Part shown: positions 17,013-25,774 of the stretch, in pieces
Numbering within the stretch: position 1 is the first letter of the stretch
Layout of the letters: each line of letters begins with the position of its first letter
Position numbers and translations under genes: made by a program
The notes under the pieces: generated by a model
Seen by the model: the letters and a program-made list of their open reading frames with translations, nothing else
Told to the model about the DNA's origin: nothing
Databases searched by the model: none
DNA from: Candidatus Electrothrix sp. GW3-4
GTDB taxonomy: Bacteria; Desulfobacterota; Desulfobulbia; Desulfobulbales; Desulfobulbaceae
DNA: 32,000 nt
Reading direction: 5' to 3'
Assembly (NCBI RefSeq): GCF_037902255.1
Contig: NZ_CP147990.1
Span: 2,880,001-2,912,000 of the forward strand

Positions 17013-17117
17013 ATCCAAATTTTGGATAAAAAGATCCACCTTGTGAGCTTTTTTGTCCAACCACTGGGCTTTTTAATCCACCCAGTGGACTTTTAAATCC
17101 AATTCGTGGACCTTTTT
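17013..17117. repeat. Five tandem 21-bp iteron-like repeats, each with an internal dyad TCCA-N5-TGGA followed by a T tract
   Basis: (A/G)TCCA starts at 17013, 17034, 17055, 17076 and 17097, an exact 21-bp phasing. The units are ATCCAAATTTTGGATAAAAAG, ATCCACCTTGTGAGCTTTTTT, GTCCAACCACTGGGCTTTTTA, ATCCACCCAGTGGACTTTTAA and ATCCAATTCGTGGACCTTTTT. Confidence 0.8.
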
Positions 17118-17167
17118 GCCCCCAAAATAGATCTCGAAACAGCCGGGACAAATCTTCTCACCCATCA

Positions 17168-17302
17168 CCTAACTCCCCTCAAACTTCCTCCGAAAATGAT
17201 CATACGCCGCATTGATCTCCTTCATCTTCTCCTCAGCAACCCCCTTAAACTCATCACCTAAATGGGCCACCTTATCCGGTTGATACTGCATGGAAAGCTT
17301 AC
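17168..17302 (-). pseudogene. Displaced duplicate of the last 40 codons + stop of the djlA-like gene (J-domain remnant, HPD -> QPD); left copy of a 135-bp direct repeat
   Basis: 128 of 135 nt are identical to 20412..20546 in my hand alignment. It translates to [40 protein letters not shown]. Confidence 0.85.
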
Positions 17303-17332
17303 CTCTCCTTTCCCAAAAAAACACCGTGCAGA

Positions 17333-19948
17333 TCACGCCTGTCCTTTACGGGTCATCTCAAGAGCATGTCGATAAATATCAGGAATTTTATAACGAGAGG
17401 CCTTATCATCGCGTTCTTCATATACAGACAAAATGCCTACTTCCTGAGCAAGAGGGATAAGCTCCTGATTTTTTCCTAAGTCACTTGCTGCAACCGGAGT
17501 ACGCCCAACTCTTTTGAGATTATCCAAGAGGGGTTCCAGTTCTTTAAATTCCTCTTTGAGGGCCTCCAAGGCCTGTACAGAAACTTCAGGGAGACATTTA
17601 ATCAATGCCCGTGGACGCATGAGAGCACGCGGGTAACGTGAACGATTATTTTCTTTTCGTTCCCATGGCACCGCCTCATGAAAAAGCTGGAGAAGATAAC
17701 GCGGGGTGTGATCATTATTGCTGTCAGCCAGTCGGGTCCAAACCCAGTTTCTTGTGAAAGCTGTCCTTCCTCCCTGCATACGCTCGCCGACAAGGATATT
17801 CCAGACAGCAAACACATCTTTTTCTGTCCAGGAGTCTACAGGCCTTTTTTCAGGATCAGGGAGCTCAGATTTTTTTTGCAAAAACTCACGAAAGGGCTTA
17901 CAGCGCAGGGCCTGCTTCAGGATAACTTTGAGAAAAGTGGCCTGCTCTTTCCATTTAAGCTCAACGCTTCTCCCGTACAGATGGCTTTTGTTTTCAAAAT
18001 GCAGCTTCCGCCAGATGTCTTCCCGCAGAAGTATTTTAAAATAAAAGTGCTGTAGATTTTGCCCCTGATTCATCAACAAATCGAACAATCCTTCTATGGC
18101 CGCTGACCGGCGGGTTCTGTCCTGCGGAGTGCTGCCAAAGCCTGTATCCAACCCGTCAAGCAGCAGGAACGTATCTCTTGTTGTCTTGCCATCCAAACGA
18201 AGAAGCCAGTCATTGAGTTCCAGAGATGCTCCCGGTATTTCAGCTGTTCTTTTAAATGCAACTGAGATTTCCCGTTCAGATTGCAAAGGAACCTCTTTCA
18301 GATATTCCGGCATATCAACATCAAGGTCCAAAGAATTCATTATGGCTGTATTGACATAAAGAATCCAAAAATGCCTCCAGGACAATTCACTATCATTGAT
18401 AATTTTCTCAATATACTGAAAGCCGTCCACGCTGATTATCCAGCTTTTTCCCTGCTTCAGAGAAGCCGGGGCATGGACGACCACTGTACTGTATCCCTTA
18501 TCGTCCTCTGATATTCTTCTGAATATCGCCGTTTTCCCAGAGCCTTTTCTTCCAAGAACAAGGGGAATACGGGCAGAAAGGGCATCTTTAACAATCGTCG
18601 TTTCCACAAAGCTGTCTAAAAACGCCCCCTGACTTTCAGCCGTACCCGGTGCAAAGGTCAAGGTCCGTAAAATTTCATCCTTTGCCCGTTCCAGAGATTC
18701 TGCCTGTTGAACTTCATTTTCAGAGGGGAGAAAACGTTCTATCCAATTGACAACCGGTTCAAATTCTTTCCAGATGACAGGATCTTGCAGAATGGCATTG
18801 GATGAGGCGATATCATCCCGATAGCGAATAAAATGGGTGAGTTCATTTTCATCAGAGGATAATTCCTCCCTCTCGCTATTGACTCTATGCATCCATTCTG
18901 CAATCCATCGAAGTGATTTTTCTTTATACCTATTGATAAGTTCCGGGATATTGGGCAGAGGAGATATTAAAAAACGCGGTTCCGGAGTTAATCGCTGACC
19001 AGCTGTCTTCCTTTCTGTAGAGGAGGCAAGCAGCCCCTGGGTCAGCAGTTGCGTACCTAACCGAGCCTGAGGATGGGGGAAAAAGGTGATGATTGCAATA
19101 TCAGCCAGATCAAAAAGAAGGGGTCCGTTAATATCGGTGATGCCTGTCCTGGCATCAAGCAGAACGACATCAGGCGTGAACGGCAATTTTTCTTTTATAC
19201 CAGCCAGCAGAAGTTTTAAGGGGTTATGTTCCTCTCTGTACCAGGCATCAGGAAGAATAAAGCGTAATTTCCGGGCATAATCAGGGGAAATTTGTCCTGC
19301 TGGAATTAAATAAATATTGTCCGCATCCGGCACAGGGATCAGGTGGGAAGAAAAATCCGGTTCTTCTCCCTGATCAAGTTCCATAAGTAAAGAGACAACA
19401 CCTTTATCAGGGCGAACTTCGTTTTCGCAGGCAAATAATGAAGCGAGGCCCGGAGCCTCCAAGTCCATGTCAATACAGACAACCTTGCGCCGGTTTGCTG
19501 ACAGAATATGTGCGGTGTAGGCAAGTGCGGTTGAGCGCCCGACTCCTCCGCGAAGCGAATAGAATGTTGTTACAATCGGAGGGGGGATATCATCGTCAAG
19601 ATCAGAAGGAAAAATGACTTCCGCAGAATTTTCCGCAGAATTTTCAAGAGCACCTTTGGCAAGTTTTTCCGGCCACAGCGGCAGGTCTTCAAGCTGAATA
19701 TCACCGGGCAGGACCCCTATCCATTCCCGCTCTTCTGGAGTAACCAGCTCAATCCATTCTATGGTTTCTTCAATTTCTTCAAGAACAATCTGCCGTCTTT
19801 TTTTTTGCGGTATATCGCGGAACCCTTCCGCGACAACAGCAATCTGCCAGCCGCCATAGGGATCTTGCCGAACAATAATGCGTTCAGTATCAATGCTTGC
19901 CCGCTTTAAATTATTTTCAATTATGAACTGCAGCTCGTCTTTATTCAT
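17333..19948 (-). CDS. 871-aa two-NTPase protein: ParA/MinD-like domain with a variant deviant Walker A (RGGVGRST) fused to a second P-loop ATPase (GRKGSGKT)
   Basis: FYSLRGGVGRSTALAYTA...VVCIDMDLEAPGL...VVLLDARTG fits a ParA/MinD fold (the KGGVGR-variant family as I recall the NCBI naming). The second half has IPLVLGRKGSGKTAIFRRI and FLLLDGLD (Walker B-like). The ATG overlaps the HEPN stop (TAATG). Confidence 0.7.
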   Translation of the reverse strand: MNKDELQFIIENNLKRASIDTERIIVRQDPYGGWQIAVVAEGFRDIPQKKRRQIVLEEIEETIEWIELVTPEEREWIGVLPGDIQLEDLPLWPEKLAKGALENSAENSAEVIFPSDLDDDIPPPIVTTFYSLRGGVGRSTALAYTAHILSANRRKVVCIDMDLEAPGLASLFACENEVRPDKGVVSLLMELDQGEEPDFSSHLIPVPDADNIYLIPAGQISPDYARKLRFILPDAWYREEHNPLKLLLAGIKEKLPFTPDVVLLDARTGITDINGPLLFDLADIAIITFFPHPQARLGTQLLTQGLLASSTERKTAGQRLTPEPRFLISPLPNIPELINRYKEKSLRWIAEWMHRVNSEREELSSDENELTHFIRYRDDIASSNAILQDPVIWKEFEPVVNWIERFLPSENEVQQAESLERAKDEILRTLTFAPGTAESQGAFLDSFVETTIVKDALSARIPLVLGRKGSGKTAIFRRISEDDKGYSTVVVHAPASLKQGKSWIISVDGFQYIEKIINDSELSWRHFWILYVNTAIMNSLDLDVDMPEYLKEVPLQSEREISVAFKRTAEIPGASLELNDWLLRLDGKTTRDTFLLLDGLDTGFGSTPQDRTRRSAAIEGLFDLLMNQGQNLQHFYFKILLREDIWRKLHFENKSHLYGRSVELKWKEQATFLKVILKQALRCKPFREFLQKKSELPDPEKRPVDSWTEKDVFAVWNILVGERMQGGRTAFTRNWVWTRLADSNNDHTPRYLLQLFHEAVPWERKENNRSRYPRALMRPRALIKCLPEVSVQALEALKEEFKELEPLLDNLKRVGRTPVAASDLGKNQELIPLAQEVGILSVYEERDDKASRYKIPDIYRHALEMTRKGQA

Positions 19949-20361
19949 TACAACATCCTTCGACTCCGATGGATATTTTTGTTAATCCAGCCTGTGAGCT
20001 GCTTAGCGGCAGTCACCAGTTCCTCTGCCGAATGAGTCAACACATCGATATTGCTCTGATACCGCAGGGCGGTGTCCCAATCTTCAAGGAAAAACGTCTT
20101 TGCACCAGTGCGATCGTTAAGATCGGAACTTCGAAAACCAGCTGCCCGCCAGAAGCCCCGAAGATTGTGCCCTTCTTTACCTTTAGTTGGGAATCGCCTG
20201 TTCGTTTTTTTCAAATATGCCTTGAGCATACACTCAACAGCATACCCGGCCATATACGCCGGTCCGACAGAGTTATTTCTTGTCGGAAGCATAGCGTCGG
20301 CATCGCCAGCACGTTCCTTGGCTGTGTCAATCCAGTCTTGAAATGATTGCGGATCGTTCAT
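19948..20361 (-). CDS. HEPN-domain protein (classical PF05168-like four-helix type)
   Basis: AKERAGDADAML...GPAYMAGYAVECMLKAYL ... GHNLRGFW ... ALRYQ follows the HEPN helix pattern (A..DL..A..L...A.F.A.QA.E..LKA.L ... H.L..L ... RY). No clear Rx4-6H is seen. Confidence 0.55.
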   Translation of the reverse strand: MNDPQSFQDWIDTAKERAGDADAMLPTRNNSVGPAYMAGYAVECMLKAYLKKTNRRFPTKGKEGHNLRGFWRAAGFRSSDLNDRTGAKTFFLEDWDTALRYQSNIDVLTHSAEELVTAAKQLTGWINKNIHRSRRML

Positions 20362-20411
20362 ATTTTTTTATTTTACGCCTCGACACAACTAACCTTCATC
20401 TTTAAATCCCC

Positions 20412-20546
20412 CCTAACTTCCCTCAAACTTCCTCCGAAAATGATCATAGGCCGCATTGATCTCCTTCATCTTCTCCTCAGCCACCCCCTTAAACTCATCA
20501 CCTAAATGAGCCACCTTATCCGGGTGATACTGCATAGAGAGCTTAC
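20412..20546. repeat. Right copy of the 135-bp direct repeat (functional 3' end of the djlA-like gene)
   Basis: See 17168..17302. The two copies bracket 17303..20411. Confidence 0.85.
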
Positions 20547-21273
20547 GGTAGGCCTTTTTGATGGCAGCAAAATCTGCCCCCTGCTCCACCCCGAGCACGG
20601 CATAATACTGCTGCTCAGCCGGAGCACCGCCGCCAACACCGCCGGACCTCTGCTTTTGATGCCCGTACCGGTATTTATTCTCCATGGTCCGGCGCTCATA
20701 TTCACTAATGCTCAAAAATTGCCCGATCTTGCGGGCCAGATTAAGCTCTGCCTCTTCTGCAGGGCTCTTGGTAAAGATGAGTTGATAGATCAGCTCCAAC
20801 AGGATCAGGCGGGGCTCATAGGCAAAGCGGTTGCGGAACTCGGTGAGCAGGGCATCCAGGTCCTGCTCTTCATCACGGGCCTCCTTGATCAGCTGCTTGA
20901 CCCAGTACATCTGCTCCTGGTTATAATGGAGCGAGTGCTGGAAGAAGTTGAGCATGGTCCGCAACTCGGACTTGGTGAAATGGCCGTCTGCCTTGGCAAT
21001 GCAGACCAGGATATTGACCAGAAGAAAGACAAAACGATTATGGGTCTCGCTCTGGGATTGCTCGTAGGCTGTGGCCCGGCTCTGGATATATTTGGTAAAG
21101 CCAAAAAAGGCCGCAAAGAGAACGATTACCCCGAACAGACCAGAGTAAATAAGGACAGAGACAAAATTCCCCACAGCCTGCCAGCCACCAGTGGCCAACA
21201 GGAGGAGGATCACAATCAAAAGACAACCGCCGCAGCCCGGCTGGTTGCTGTTATAGCTGTACTGGCGTTGCAT
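20413..21273 (-). CDS. djlA: DjlA-like co-chaperone: N-terminal TM segments, TerB-like domain, C-terminal J domain
   Basis: TM region ([15 protein letters not shown].., [15 protein letters not shown]). TerB-like block ([20 protein letters not shown]). J domain ([31 protein letters not shown]). Confidence 0.75.
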   Translation of the reverse strand: MQRQYSYNSNQPGCGGCLLIVILLLLATGGWQAVGNFVSVLIYSGLFGVIVLFAAFFGFTKYIQSRATAYEQSQSETHNRFVFLLVNILVCIAKADGHFTKSELRTMLNFFQHSLHYNQEQMYWVKQLIKEARDEEQDLDALLTEFRNRFAYEPRLILLELIYQLIFTKSPAEEAELNLARKIGQFLSISEYERRTMENKYRYGHQKQRSGGVGGGAPAEQQYYAVLGVEQGADFAAIKKAYRKLSMQYHPDKVAHLGDEFKGVAEEKMKEINAAYDHFRRKFEGS

Positions 21274-21315
21274 GGGGAAGGAGGGGAAAAAGGTTGCAGG
21301 GATTGAGAAGGGGGA

Positions 21316-22449
21316 TCAGGGGGCCTGATCAGCGGATGCACTCCCCTCCCCTACGCTGAATAGGGCATCAACAAACTCTTCAGGATCAAAATCCCGCAGG
21401 TCATCGACCTGCTCGCCAATGCCAATAAAACGAACCGGGATTTGTAATTCATGACAGATATGGGCGACAATACCGCCCTTGGCAGTACCGTCCAGCTTAG
21501 TCAAGGTCACGCCGGTAATGCCCACGGCCTCGTTAAACAGCTTGGCCTGGGAAACCGCGTTCTGGCCAGTGGTGGCATCCACCACCAACATCACCTCATG
21601 GGGAGCCGTGGACAGGTTCTTGCCGATCACCCGCTTGATCTTTTTCAGCTCCTCCATCAGGTTAACAGAGGTATGGAGACGACCAGCCGTGTCGATAATG
21701 ACTACGTCATAATCTTTGGCAACGCCCTTGGCCACTCCATCAAAAACCACAGAGGAGGGATCGGACTTGGGTGGTCCGGCAACCACCTCCACTCCAATCC
21801 GGTCGCCCCAGATCTTGAGTTGGTCAATAGCTGCAGCCCGGAAGGTATCACCGGCCACCAGGAGGACGGATTGGCCTGCCTTGGCAAACTTGGAGGCAAT
21901 CTTACCGATGGAGGTGGTCTTGCCCACCCCGTTCACCCCGACCACCATAATAACAAAGGGGCCAGAGTCGGGCAGAACCAGTTCCGCTGCTTGGTCTGAT
22001 TCCTGGAGAAAAGAAAGGATCTTATCGCGCAGGACCCTTTTCAGGGCCTGGGGATCACTAAGGTCCTGGCGCTGGACACTGCTCTTGGCCGCATCCAGCA
22101 GCTCCATTGCTGTGGACACCCCGAGGTCCGCCGTGATCAGGATCTCTTCCAATTCATCAAAGAGCTCCTGGTCAATCTTCTTCCTGCCGCGAAAGAGGGT
22201 GTCCAGACGATGGACAAAGTGATTGCGACTTTTTCCCAGCCGCTCCTGCAGGCGCTGAAACATAGAGCGCTGCGGCTTTTCCTGCTCCTTGCCACCGGCA
22301 TGTCCTGCAAGCGGCGTTGCCTGAGAAACAGGTTCGGCAACAGGGGGTGCCAGCTCCTCAGCTGCCTTGACCTGGGCAGCACCCTTGTCGGGCGCTGCCT
22401 GCTCTTTCTTCTTCTTTCCTGAAAGTTTTTTCTTAAACCAACCAAGCAT
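21316..22449 (-). CDS. ftsY: Signal recognition particle receptor FtsY
   Basis: SRP-GTPase motifs: [45 protein letters not shown]. The acidic/basic N-terminal region fits. The ATG overlaps the lon stop (TAATG). Confidence 0.9.
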   Translation of the reverse strand: MLGWFKKKLSGKKKKEQAAPDKGAAQVKAAEELAPPVAEPVSQATPLAGHAGGKEQEKPQRSMFQRLQERLGKSRNHFVHRLDTLFRGRKKIDQELFDELEEILITADLGVSTAMELLDAAKSSVQRQDLSDPQALKRVLRDKILSFLQESDQAAELVLPDSGPFVIMVVGVNGVGKTTSIGKIASKFAKAGQSVLLVAGDTFRAAAIDQLKIWGDRIGVEVVAGPPKSDPSSVVFDGVAKGVAKDYDVVIIDTAGRLHTSVNLMEELKKIKRVIGKNLSTAPHEVMLVVDATTGQNAVSQAKLFNEAVGITGVTLTKLDGTAKGGIVAHICHELQIPVRFIGIGEQVDDLRDFDPEEFVDALFSVGEGSASADQAP

Positions 22450-24830
22450 TATGCGTTATCCGTCTCTTTCTCCAGAACAAATTCCAGAGCTTCTTCAATG
22501 GTGTGCGGATAATGGAAAATAATCCCTTCGCGGACCTCTTCCGGGATCTCCAGCACATCCTTTTCATTGAGAACTGGTAAAACCAGTTCCGTAATTCCGG
22601 CTCGTAAGGCAGCCAGGACCTTTTCCGCAATACCACCCACAGGCAGGACATCGCCCCGCAGAGTGATCTCACCGGTCATGGCCACATCCTGGCGGACTGT
22701 CCGGTCACTGATCACCGAGATCAGGGAGCTGACCATTGCCACCCCGGCAGAAGGGCCGTCCTTGGGGGTGGCCCCGTCCGGCACATGGACATGGAGATCA
22801 ATCTGGGAAAAGACATCCTCATCAATCCCCAAGGATTCCGCGTTGGAGCGGATATAGGTCAGGGCCGCAGAAGCGGATTCCTTCATCACATCGCCGAGCT
22901 TACCGGTCAGGGCAAGACCACCCTTGCCCTTCATCTTCGAGGTCTCGATAAAGAGGATCTGGCCACCCACCGGGGTCCAGGCCAGACCGGTGGAGAGTCC
23001 CGGTCCCCAGGTACGGGCCTTCATTTCAGAGGTATAATTTACTACTCCGAGAAAATCGTAGAGATTATCCGCTGTGACCACAGTCTTCTCAGTCCAGCCA
23101 CGGGCGAGATTGGCAGCAACGCCGCGACAGATGGCTGCCAGCTGACGCTCCAAATTACGCACGCCCGCCTCTCTGGTGTAGGAACGGATAACGGCCAGCA
23201 GGGCCTCATCGTCCATCTCCAGATTCGCCTCAGTGAGCGCATGCTCTCTCAACTGTTTTTTCAACAGATATTTGCGGGCAATGGCCAGTTTTTCATTTTC
23301 CGTATAACTGGATAATTGCACCACCTCCATCCTGTCCCGCAGGGGACCGGGGATGGTCTCCAACATATTAGCGGTGGCGATGAACATGACCTTGGACAAA
23401 TCAAATTCTATATCCAGGTAATGATCAGTAAAGGTCGCGTTCTGCTCCGGGTCCAGGACCTCCAGCAGGGCAGAAGCAGGATCGCCGCGAAAATCATTGC
23501 CCAGCTTGTCGATCTCATCCAGGAGGACAACGGGATTATTGGCCCCCACCTTTTTCAGATTCTGGATAATACGCCCGGGCAGGGCGCCAATATAGGTTCG
23601 CCTATGCCCGCGAATCTCGGCCTCGTCCCGCATACCACCCAAAGCAATACGGGAAAACTTCCGCCCCATGGTCCGGGCGATGGATTGGCCCAGGGAGGTC
23701 TTACCCACCCCTGGAGGACCGGCCAGACAGAGGATCGGACCGTGGATATCGTTTTTCAGCTTACGGACAGCCAGGAATTCCAGGATCCGCCGCTTGATCT
23801 TGTCCAGGCCGTAATGTTCCTCTTCCAGATCACTCTCTGCCTTATTAAAATCCAGAGTATCCTCGGTAGAGACGTTCCAGGGCAGATCCAGGACCCAGTC
23901 AATATAATTGCGGGAAACAGAATATTCCGGGGAAGAAGGAGAAATCCGCTCCAGACGGGTCAGCTCTTTTTCCACCGCCTGATGTGCTTCTTCGCTCAAA
24001 CCGGCCTCAGCAGCCCGTTCCCGCAATTCTTGCAGCTCCACCTTGCCATCAGACTCTTCACCCAATTCCTTGCGGATGGCCTGCATCTGCTGACGGAGAA
24101 AGAATTCCCGCTGTTTGCTGTCAATATCCTTCTTGATATCCTCTTGCAGCTTATTGCTCATCTCAGCGGTGTTGACCCGCCTGTTCAGTTCCCGGGCCAC
24201 CCGATGCAGCATCAGGTTGACCTCAACGATCTCCAGGATCTCCTGTTCCTTATTGACCCGGAGGTTCAACTGCGAGGTCACCAGATAGCCAACATGGAAG
24301 GGATCGGTGATGGCATCCATGGTGGCCATAATCTCCGCAGGCAGATTGATCAGCCCACCGAGCTTTTTAAACTCCTTCCGAATCCCGAGCACCAGGGCCT
24401 CGGTCTCGCCGTCCCTGTCGTTGACCTGCATGGGGAGGATGGTGATCTCGCCTCTGATATAGGGCTGATCCTGGGTGAACTGATCAACGCTGAGCTTATG
24501 GATTCCGCTCACCAGGACCTGATAATAGCCCTCTTCGGTCTTGGAGACCTTATGAAGATATCCCACAGCCCCAACGCGGTGCAGGTCATCACTGGTGATG
24601 GTGTCGTTGTCATCAACCTGTTTTTTATGGCAAAGCACCAGACCGATCATCCGGTCCCCTTCCATAGCCTCATCCACTAACTGCTTAGAGGTGGCGCTGG
24701 CAACCTGGAGGGGAAACCCCATGCCCGGAAAAAAGACAAAGCCGTGCAGGGGAAGCAGGGGTAATTCTTTGGGGATTGGCAGCAAGGTCGGATCTTGCGA
24801 TGTATTCTTTTTTTGTGATTGATCGTCCAT
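22449..24830 (-). CDS. lon: ATP-dependent Lon protease (LonA)
   Basis: LON N-domain (LPLLPLHGFVFFPGM). Walker A GPPGVGKTSLG. Protease site PKDGPSAGVAM. Start is set at 24830 (MDDQSQ..) with GGAG 8 nt upstream, rather than at the ORF-track start 24944. Confidence 0.9.
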   Translation of the reverse strand: MDDQSQKKNTSQDPTLLPIPKELPLLPLHGFVFFPGMGFPLQVASATSKQLVDEAMEGDRMIGLVLCHKKQVDDNDTITSDDLHRVGAVGYLHKVSKTEEGYYQVLVSGIHKLSVDQFTQDQPYIRGEITILPMQVNDRDGETEALVLGIRKEFKKLGGLINLPAEIMATMDAITDPFHVGYLVTSQLNLRVNKEQEILEIVEVNLMLHRVARELNRRVNTAEMSNKLQEDIKKDIDSKQREFFLRQQMQAIRKELGEESDGKVELQELRERAAEAGLSEEAHQAVEKELTRLERISPSSPEYSVSRNYIDWVLDLPWNVSTEDTLDFNKAESDLEEEHYGLDKIKRRILEFLAVRKLKNDIHGPILCLAGPPGVGKTSLGQSIARTMGRKFSRIALGGMRDEAEIRGHRRTYIGALPGRIIQNLKKVGANNPVVLLDEIDKLGNDFRGDPASALLEVLDPEQNATFTDHYLDIEFDLSKVMFIATANMLETIPGPLRDRMEVVQLSSYTENEKLAIARKYLLKKQLREHALTEANLEMDDEALLAVIRSYTREAGVRNLERQLAAICRGVAANLARGWTEKTVVTADNLYDFLGVVNYTSEMKARTWGPGLSTGLAWTPVGGQILFIETSKMKGKGGLALTGKLGDVMKESASAALTYIRSNAESLGIDEDVFSQIDLHVHVPDGATPKDGPSAGVAMVSSLISVISDRTVRQDVAMTGEITLRGDVLPVGGIAEKVLAALRAGITELVLPVLNEKDVLEIPEEVREGIIFHYPHTIEEALEFVLEKETDNA

Positions 24831-24997
24831 ATATTTTCTCCAGAAATTCCTTTTTATCGTTTGATGGAACCACTCTGTTCGTTCATCCCTTTCATATGTC
24901 TCATCAGTATACCGCTTCTGAAGAGAAGAAATCAACAAAAACACCGAATAACCGCATCTGCCTGAAACTCAATCGCTCTTTCAGGATATTTTTTCAC

Positions 24998-25036
24998 CAG
25001 CTGTTCGCCTCCTTGTCTGGAGCAGAAGAACAGCTG
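24998..25036. other. Inverted repeat CAGCTGTTC-N21-GAACAGCTG (with an inner CTCC/GGAG pairing) between lolD and lon
   Basis: Read directly from the sequence. No T tract follows it on the minus strand, so it is not a canonical intrinsic terminator. Confidence 0.3.
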
Positions 25037-25060
25037 AAAAGCAACAGGTAGCCGTTGCCC

Positions 25061-25774
25061 TCACGAGGCCATCATCCCTTGTAAGCACCCGTCTTTCAGG
25101 GTCAAACAACGATCCATGGACCTGGCCAATTCCATATTATGGGTCACCATGGCCACGGACATGGAGCGGGTCTGACAGAGCTCGGTCAGCAGCTCAAAGA
25201 CCTGTTGGCCGCTGGCCGAATCCAGGTTGCCGGTGGGCTCATCAGCCAGCAAGAGAGCAGGCTGCCTGATCAGGGCCCTGGCCAGGGCCACCCGCTGCTG
25301 TTCCCCGCCGGACAACTCCCCACTGCGGTGGGTGACCCGATGCTCCAGCCCGACCTGCTTCAGGAGCTGATGCGCATCTTCCTGAAGTTTCTCGCCAGCC
25401 AGACCAGCGATCAGACCAGGCATCATCACATTCTCCAGGGCCGAAAATTCCGGGAGCAGATAGTGAAACTGAAAGATAAAGCCGATATTTTTGTTCCGAT
25501 GGGCTGCCAATCGATTCTCTGAAAGTTCGGTCAAGCCCTGGCCCGCAAACCAGAGGCTCCCCTTATCCGGGACGTCCAGGCAGCCGAGAAGCTGCAACAA
25601 GGTGGTTTTACCCGAGCCAGAGGCGCCAACAATCGCCAGCATCTCCCCAGGCGAAATCTCCAGGTTTACCCGCCGCAGGACCTGGACAGGATTCGCCTTT
25701 GTTCCATAACTTTTGTGAATATTAACCGCCTGAAGAAGGTTATTCCCTTCTTGTTGTTTTATGTGCTTACTCAT
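25061..25774 (-). CDS. lolD: Lipoprotein-releasing ABC transporter ATP-binding protein LolD
   Basis: Walker [11 protein letters not shown], signature [15 protein letters not shown], Walker [13 protein letters not shown]. It overlaps the upstream FtsX-type permease gene by 8 nt. Confidence 0.8.
   Translation of the reverse strand: MSKHIKQQEGNNLLQAVNIHKSYGTKANPVQVLRRVNLEISPGEMLAIVGASGSGKTTLLQLLGCLDVPDKGSLWFAGQGLTELSENRLAAHRNKNIGFIFQFHYLLPEFSALENVMMPGLIAGLAGEKLQEDAHQLLKQVGLEHRVTHRSGELSGGEQQRVALARALIRQPALLLADEPTGNLDSASGQQVFELLTELCQTRSMSVAMVTHNMELARSMDRCLTLKDGCLQGMMAS

Noticed and set aside
23316-24680. 454-aa plus-strand ORF antisense to lon; similar long antisense ORFs lie at 20506..21306, 21451..21999, 14250..14930, 8679..9251 and 30937..31689
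   Set aside because: Each lies entirely within a minus-strand gene that has strong family motifs. Their translations are compositionally odd (Gly/Leu/Pro/His-rich) and contain no motif I recognise.
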